DNA from: a virus
Taxonomy: Duplodnaviria > Caudoviricetes
Virus record (IMG/VR): IMGVR_UViG_3300032828_000001
Span: 1 to 58,582 of that record
Direction: 5' to 3' (one strand)
Length of the DNA: 58,582 nt
Notes under the pieces: generated by a model
The model's database searches: none
Told to the model about the DNA's origin: nothing
Seen by the model: only the letters and a program-made list of their open reading frames with translations
Program-made: the position numbers and the translations under genes
Part shown: positions 54,318 through 58,582 of the stretch, one piece after another
Layout: each line of letters starts with the position of its first letter
How positions within the stretch are numbered: position 1 is the first letter of the stretch

Positions 54318-54878
54318 TCACACGGTGACCACCGACGCCCACGTCCCTTCATCGAACCCGAGCCCGCCACCGCCCGCGAAGCTGAACGCCTGCGCTCCGG
54401 GGGTGGCGAGCGTCTCGAGATACCCGTTCGTCGTCGCCTCCGTAGCGGCCGACAAAAGCTCCGACAGGATCCCGGCGTCGACGGCCGCGCCGCCCACCTT
54501 GAGCGTGAACGCCTTGGGATAGTAGGGAATGAGCGTCAGCGTCGCGCTGCTCGGGACCACACACCGCATGATGGCAAGGATCTGCGGCCCGGTACCAGAC
54601 GAGCGGTTTAGGAGCACCCGCGCGGCGATCCAAAGCCGGTAGGTCGCGTCATCCATCCCCTCGCGCGCCTGGCCGACGAGCGAGCCGAGGAGGTCGAGCT
54701 GTTCACCCACCGCGGTGGGCAGGGTTATCCCGTAGTCTGCCCAAAGTGTATTCTCGAGCGCCTGATTCTCGGCCGTGGCGAGCGCGACGAGCGCGTTCAC
54801 GGTGACCGACTCGCGGTACTGCTCCACTAACCGCGAACACGCGATGGCTTGATGGTCGGTGATCTGGGTAAGCGCCAC
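54318..54878 (-). CDS. Baseplate wedge protein (DUF2612/P2 gpI-like)
   Basis: RLVEQYR, TAVGEQLDLLGSLVG..R..MDD.TYR, NRSSGT. Confidence 0.85.
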   Translation of the reverse strand: MALTQITDHQAIACSRLVEQYRESVTVNALVALATAENQALENTLWADYGITLPTAVGEQLDLLGSLVGQAREGMDDATYRLWIAARVLLNRSSGTGPQILAIMRCVVPSSATLTLIPYYPKAFTLKVGGAAVDAGILSELLSAATEATTNGYLETLATPGAQAFSFAGGGGLGFDEGTWASVVTV

Positions 54879-54887
54879 GGTGAACCC

Positions 54888-56285
54888 TCACGGTGTGAAC
54901 GGCGCGACGGTGACGGTGATGTTGGTCGACTGGAACTCCGCGATCTCGGTGGTGGCGATGGTGATATTGGCCTCCGACGAGGGCACCGGGCTCGCCGTTG
55001 TCCCGACGTAGCAGTGGGTGATGTCGACGACGCCCGGGACCGACAGGATCGCGGGGAAGAGCGCGCGGGTGACGACGTCATTGCCCGCGGAAAGGTTGGC
55101 CTGCGCCCATTCGATGATGGCGGTTTGTACTTCCACCGTCCCATCGGCGGGCCACGCCGCGTTGTCGATCGCGAGGAGCACGCTCACATAGATGGGCTGC
55201 GACGTCGGCCGCGAAAAGTAGACGCTTTGTACGACCCCTTCGCTGTCGGTCACCTGCCCTTGGGTGGTCCCGTATGTCTGGGTTCCGGCCGCGACCGCGT
55301 TCCAGGCCGCGGTCAGGATGTCCGCATCGGCGCCGCCGGTGACGAGCGCTTCGACCGAGTACGGGGGCATGCCGAGCGCGTTCGGGGCGTTCGTCATGTT
55401 CCGGAACACCGTACAGGCGGTGACGCCCGAAACCGCCATGATGCGGGCCCGGATTGCATCCGGCGTTGCGCTTCCGGCCACCTCGAGCTCGACGACGCGG
55501 CGCACCCTCAGTGACGCATCGGTGTCGGCGTCGAGTCCCGGCACCGCGTCGAACGGGTTCACAACCGCGGACCAACCGGCGACCGGGGTCACGATCGTGT
55601 TGATGGTCCCCGCGAGCGCCTCGATGGGCCCCGTATCGGCCGCCTGAAAGGTAGCGACCGCGCACGCGCTGCCAGGCGCGACCCAGTTCCAAGTCACGCC
55701 GCCGTCCACGATGCCGGCCCCGGTTCCGGTCGGCCCGCCCGAGGCCGCGCTCGGCCCGGTTTCTGCCGCGCAGACGTACAGGTTCGTGACCGCGGCGCCC
55801 GCTACCGTCGCGGTGTTCGCGGTGACCGCACCCACCGCGAAGCTCGTCGACCCGGTCCAGGCCGTGGCCGCCGCGATGGTCGCCGCCGCGCTACTTGTGA
55901 AGGCCGCGCCGTTCTGCCCGGCGGAAACGCTCGAGCCCGCCGGGATGACGGTGGCCACCGTGCCGAGTAGGACGCAGGTGACGGTGGAGGCCGTCGCTTC
56001 CTGCGCGAACGTCCCGGTGATGGCGGCGAGCGCCTGCAAGCCCGCCCCGGTCGCCTGGTCCGGGTCGCGCGAGGCATAGACCTCCTGCGCCATGTCCCAG
56101 ATCTCGGACTCGCGGTCGGCGAGGATGCCGCAGAGCTGCCCCCACGGGCCGGCGGGGTCGGCTACTTGCTGGTTTTGCCCGAATGTCGCCTGGACGGCCG
56201 CCTGTATTTCCGACAGGCACTCGGAAAGCGGCTTCACCACGAAGCCGGCCGGCGTTACACCGTAGGTGACCGAACCGTTCGACAC
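54888..56285 (-). CDS. Baseplate J-like protein with inserted CBM5/12-like module
   Basis: YGVTPAGF, DPDQATG..L, TGPI.A, I.TPV.GW..V.N, ..LR.RR, PPYSVEA.V.GG, FSRP. Confidence 0.92.
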   Translation of the reverse strand: MSNGSVTYGVTPAGFVVKPLSECLSEIQAAVQATFGQNQQVADPAGPWGQLCGILADRESEIWDMAQEVYASRDPDQATGAGLQALAAITGTFAQEATASTVTCVLLGTVATVIPAGSSVSAGQNGAAFTSSAAATIAAATAWTGSTSFAVGAVTANTATVAGAAVTNLYVCAAETGPSAASGGPTGTGAGIVDGGVTWNWVAPGSACAVATFQAADTGPIEALAGTINTIVTPVAGWSAVVNPFDAVPGLDADTDASLRVRRVVELEVAGSATPDAIRARIMAVSGVTACTVFRNMTNAPNALGMPPYSVEALVTGGADADILTAAWNAVAAGTQTYGTTQGQVTDSEGVVQSVYFSRPTSQPIYVSVLLAIDNAAWPADGTVEVQTAIIEWAQANLSAGNDVVTRALFPAILSVPGVVDITHCYVGTTASPVPSSEANITIATTEIAEFQSTNITVTVAPFTP

Positions 56286-56326
56286 CGTTCCTACCTATCG
56301 CAGGCGCGACTGGGCACCTAGCGCGC

Positions 56327-56605
56327 CTAGTACACGATGCCGAGGTAGGAGGTCATGTTCAGGACCACCGATCCTTGCAGCGCGGTATTGAGCGCGACGA
56401 CGGTCGCGTAGACCTCCGAGCCGGTCCCCGTCGGAAGGCCGAACTGCGCCTCTATTATCGAATAGTCAACCTGGTCCGTCATCTGGTCCATGTTGAGTTT
56501 GATCTGAAGGCAGTGGTCGCGAAGCGCCGCGAGGTTGGCGGTGAGTTGAACGAGCGCGACACCGCGCGCCTTGGTCTGGTCAACGGAAATGAAGTTCTTG
56601 GGCAT
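56327..56605 (-). CDS. Small protein after tail fibre (putative fibre chaperone)
   Basis: GGGAG RBS; position. Confidence 0.6.
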   Translation of the reverse strand: MPKNFISVDQTKARGVALVQLTANLAALRDHCLQIKLNMDQMTDQVDYSIIEAQFGLPTGTGSEVYATVVALNTALQGSVVLNMTSYLGIVY

Positions 56606-56632
56606 TTACAAGCTCCCGCGTGTGTTGAGCTG

Positions 56633-58582
56633 CTATCCATCTGCGTAAAATGAAATCGTCGACAGATCGAGGTACGCCGTGTTGGTAGGCGGCGCGATAG
56701 CGATGTTGCCGTTGGCATAGACCACTGCCGTCCCAAAAGCATTCGACCCACAGTTGATGGGAAACGACTGTGCATAACCCGGTCGATACCCCGCCACGAG
56801 CTGGTAGCAGTCGGTATTGACCGACCCGCCGCAGATCGCGCCCCGCACATAGACCCGTCCGGTAGGGTCCTTGTAATAGCCGAACGGCGGCCACCCACCC
56901 CCGTAATTCGTCCATGGCGATATGAGCGCGGGCGTGATCCAAGGCGACGATGACGGTTGGTGACAGCCCGAGTTGTAGTTGCCGGTGCCGAAGAGATATG
57001 TGGTCCCTCCCCATGTGCCGCTCTGCTTCGCCCGCGCCATCCATGTGATGCCGTCGTATCCGAGGCAGGCGAACTGGGCCTGATAGCCACTCGCGGTCGG
57101 ATGTTGGATGTTCACTCCGAGCGCGCCGAACTGCTCGTTGTTGTCACGGTAGAAGCAGCTGCGCGGAATGGCGTTCGCGCCGACCCCGCCGACCGAGGGG
57201 GCGGTGTTGAGGCTCCCGACCCCATTGGAATCGCCGTAGACGACGGTGGCGCCCGCCATCTGGAGGGTGCCGGGGGCGTTGACGGTGACGCCCGCCTTGC
57301 CGATGGTGACCGTTGTCGCGTTGGCGCCGGCAATGGCGAGCGTGCTGGTGCCGGCGGGCGTGTCGATTGAGGGCACATAGACCCCGCAATTTGGCCCGCC
57401 AAGGTTGACCGATCCGGTCACTCCCGAAACTCCGATGTTGACGATGCTATTAGGCACGATGTTGACGGTCGCGGCATTTCCCGCGCTGCCGATTGAAAGC
57501 GTTCCACCGCCCGCGGGGGTGTCAACGGTTGAAGTGTGTAGCGTGCCCGGGACGTTCACCACCACGCCCGAACGGCCGAGCGCGATCGACGTCGCGTTGC
57601 CCGCGCCGATGTTGAGCGCTACCGCACTCGCGGTGTCGAGCGAGGGCGTGACCACGTTCGTGCTTGCCGTGACGGTCGCGAAGGACGGCGAGGCGCCCGA
57701 GGCATAGTAGCCGCTCGGATTTGATGCATTGTACGGAGTGAAACCGAGCGCGCCCGTGACGTTACCCGAGGTGAGGGAGACAACGCCCCCCGAGACGGTG
57801 AGGTTCGCACCGACTTTCAGGATCCCTTCCTGCGACGCGGACCCTACCGGGAGTGTTGCGCCGGTAAGATAACCCGGACCGTTCGTGAGCTGCGACAGGT
57901 TCGTGAGTGACTGGTTCGTCCATGCCGTACACCACGCCGACCAGCCGCTTCCGTTGATATTGCTTCGCCACGTCATCGACGGTGGGTTGTCGGTCGAGAT
58001 CCCCCACTCATAGACCCAGTTGCCGGACGTGAGAGCCATGCTCGTGCCGGTGAAGGGCCAGGCAAGCATGGTTCCGTAGCCAAAGGGTGGACTATTGGTT
58101 GTGGAGGTATCCCAGTATTGCCAGCCGTAGGTGGGCGAGTTGATGTTCGCGAGGTGGGGCGCACTGTTGGGTGTGTAGTTGGGTAGCGTAACGGCGGTCC
58201 ACACGCGGCTGCCCGCCTCCTGAAGCTGAACGGCTGCATTCGCGATACCGGTGGACCCTGTGATCGCGAACAGACTGCCGCCTTTGCCGCTGTAGACGTT
58301 GAGGTTCCGATAGTAGGTTCCGGCGCCGTTGTAGCCGTAGTAGTTGATGGCCGTCTCGCCGCTATCACTAGCGTCGGCGCGATTCTCCAGCGAGTTATCG
58401 CGCAGTGTAGCGCGACCAGTGCCCACGATGTTGCCTGCGGTGATACTGCCCGGCACGTTGACGGTGACGCCGGCCTTGCCGATCGCGATCGACGTTGCGT
58501 TCGTCCCACCGATCGTGAGCGCGCCCGCCGCCGCCGTGTCGTGATTCGGCGAGTAGAAATAGTTCACCGCCGCGAGCGTGTT
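56633..58582 (-). CDS. Long tail fibre, C-terminal part (two knob-like domains plus tip)
   Basis: DT(A/P)..L.IG..NAT shaft repeats; WRSN..SGWSAW and ARAKQSGTWG knob motifs; C-terminal YYKD..GRVYVRGAI, GYRP, LDLSTISF. Confidence 0.9.
   Translation of the reverse strand, partial: NTLAAVNYFYSPNHDTAAAGALTIGGTNATSIAIGKAGVTVNVPGSITAGNIVGTGRATLRDNSLENRADASDSGETAINYYGYNGAGTYYRNLNVYSGKGGSLFAITGSTGIANAAVQLQEAGSRVWTAVTLPNYTPNSAPHLANINSPTYGWQYWDTSTTNSPPFGYGTMLAWPFTGTSMALTSGNWVYEWGISTDNPPSMTWRSNINGSGWSAWCTAWTNQSLTNLSQLTNGPGYLTGATLPVGSASQEGILKVGANLTVSGGVVSLTSGNVTGALGFTPYNASNPSGYYASGASPSFATVTASTNVVTPSLDTASAVALNIGAGNATSIALGRSGVVVNVPGTLHTSTVDTPAGGGTLSIGSAGNAATVNIVPNSIVNIGVSGVTGSVNLGGPNCGVYVPSIDTPAGTSTLAIAGANATTVTIGKAGVTVNAPGTLQMAGATVVYGDSNGVGSLNTAPSVGGVGANAIPRSCFYRDNNEQFGALGVNIQHPTASGYQAQFACLGYDGITWMARAKQSGTWGGTTYLFGTGNYNSGCHQPSSSPWITPALISPWTNYGGGWPPFGYYKDPTGRVYVRGAICGGSVNTDCYQLVAGYRPGYAQSFPINCGSNAFGTAVVYANGNIAIAPPTNTAYLDLSTISFYADG

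Noticed and set aside
58456-58582. Biological direct terminal repeat
   Set aside because: It lies mid-gene, far from terminase, and has a typical assembler k length; best read as circular overlap.
53232-58582. Diversity-generating retroelement or shufflon acting on fibres
   Set aside because: No reverse transcriptase or invertase; repeat differences are not adenine-specific; no inverted cassettes seen.

Overview
The window looks like an essentially complete, circularly assembled temperate contractile-tailed (myovirus-type) phage genome of very high GC (about 70% by eye). The host may be Myxococcota, but that is only an inference. The last 127 nt (58456-58582) repeat positions 84-210, so a tail-fibre gene runs across the junction. 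The minus strand carries the late module: terS/terL, portal, SPP1-gp7-like protein, DUF2213 protease/scaffold, decoration protein, DUF2184-type capsid, neck, DUF3383 sheath, tube, chaperone, tape measure, baseplate and several fibres. Lysogeny functions are a P4-type tyrosine integrase, an attP matching the 3' half of tRNA-Pro(CGG) with a replacement terminator and arm-type repeats, and an AlpA-like Xis. Other genes include an iteron-containing replication initiator, an orphan Ku, a RecE-like nuclease, a Dcm with an overprinted beta-subunit frame, a glycosyltransferase/ParB/ABC-GNAT cluster, a C1A peptidase and an early operon with an AcrVA2/FinQ homologue. Five observations stand out. (1) A CX4CX9CX2H finger is inserted in the integrase and recurs in the small gene after AcrVA2. 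(2) An in-frame 1179-bp tail-fibre deletion allele is captured at the contig start. (3) A nine-copy strand-specific motif, GYGATAGGYAGGA, precedes late genes and includes one copy that reveals a nested scaffold start. (4) A gp25-like baseplate gene is split by UGA-C from a multi-Ig extension. (5) There is a candidate DNA-hypermodification cluster upstream of terminase. All family calls come from motif recognition, not from database searches.
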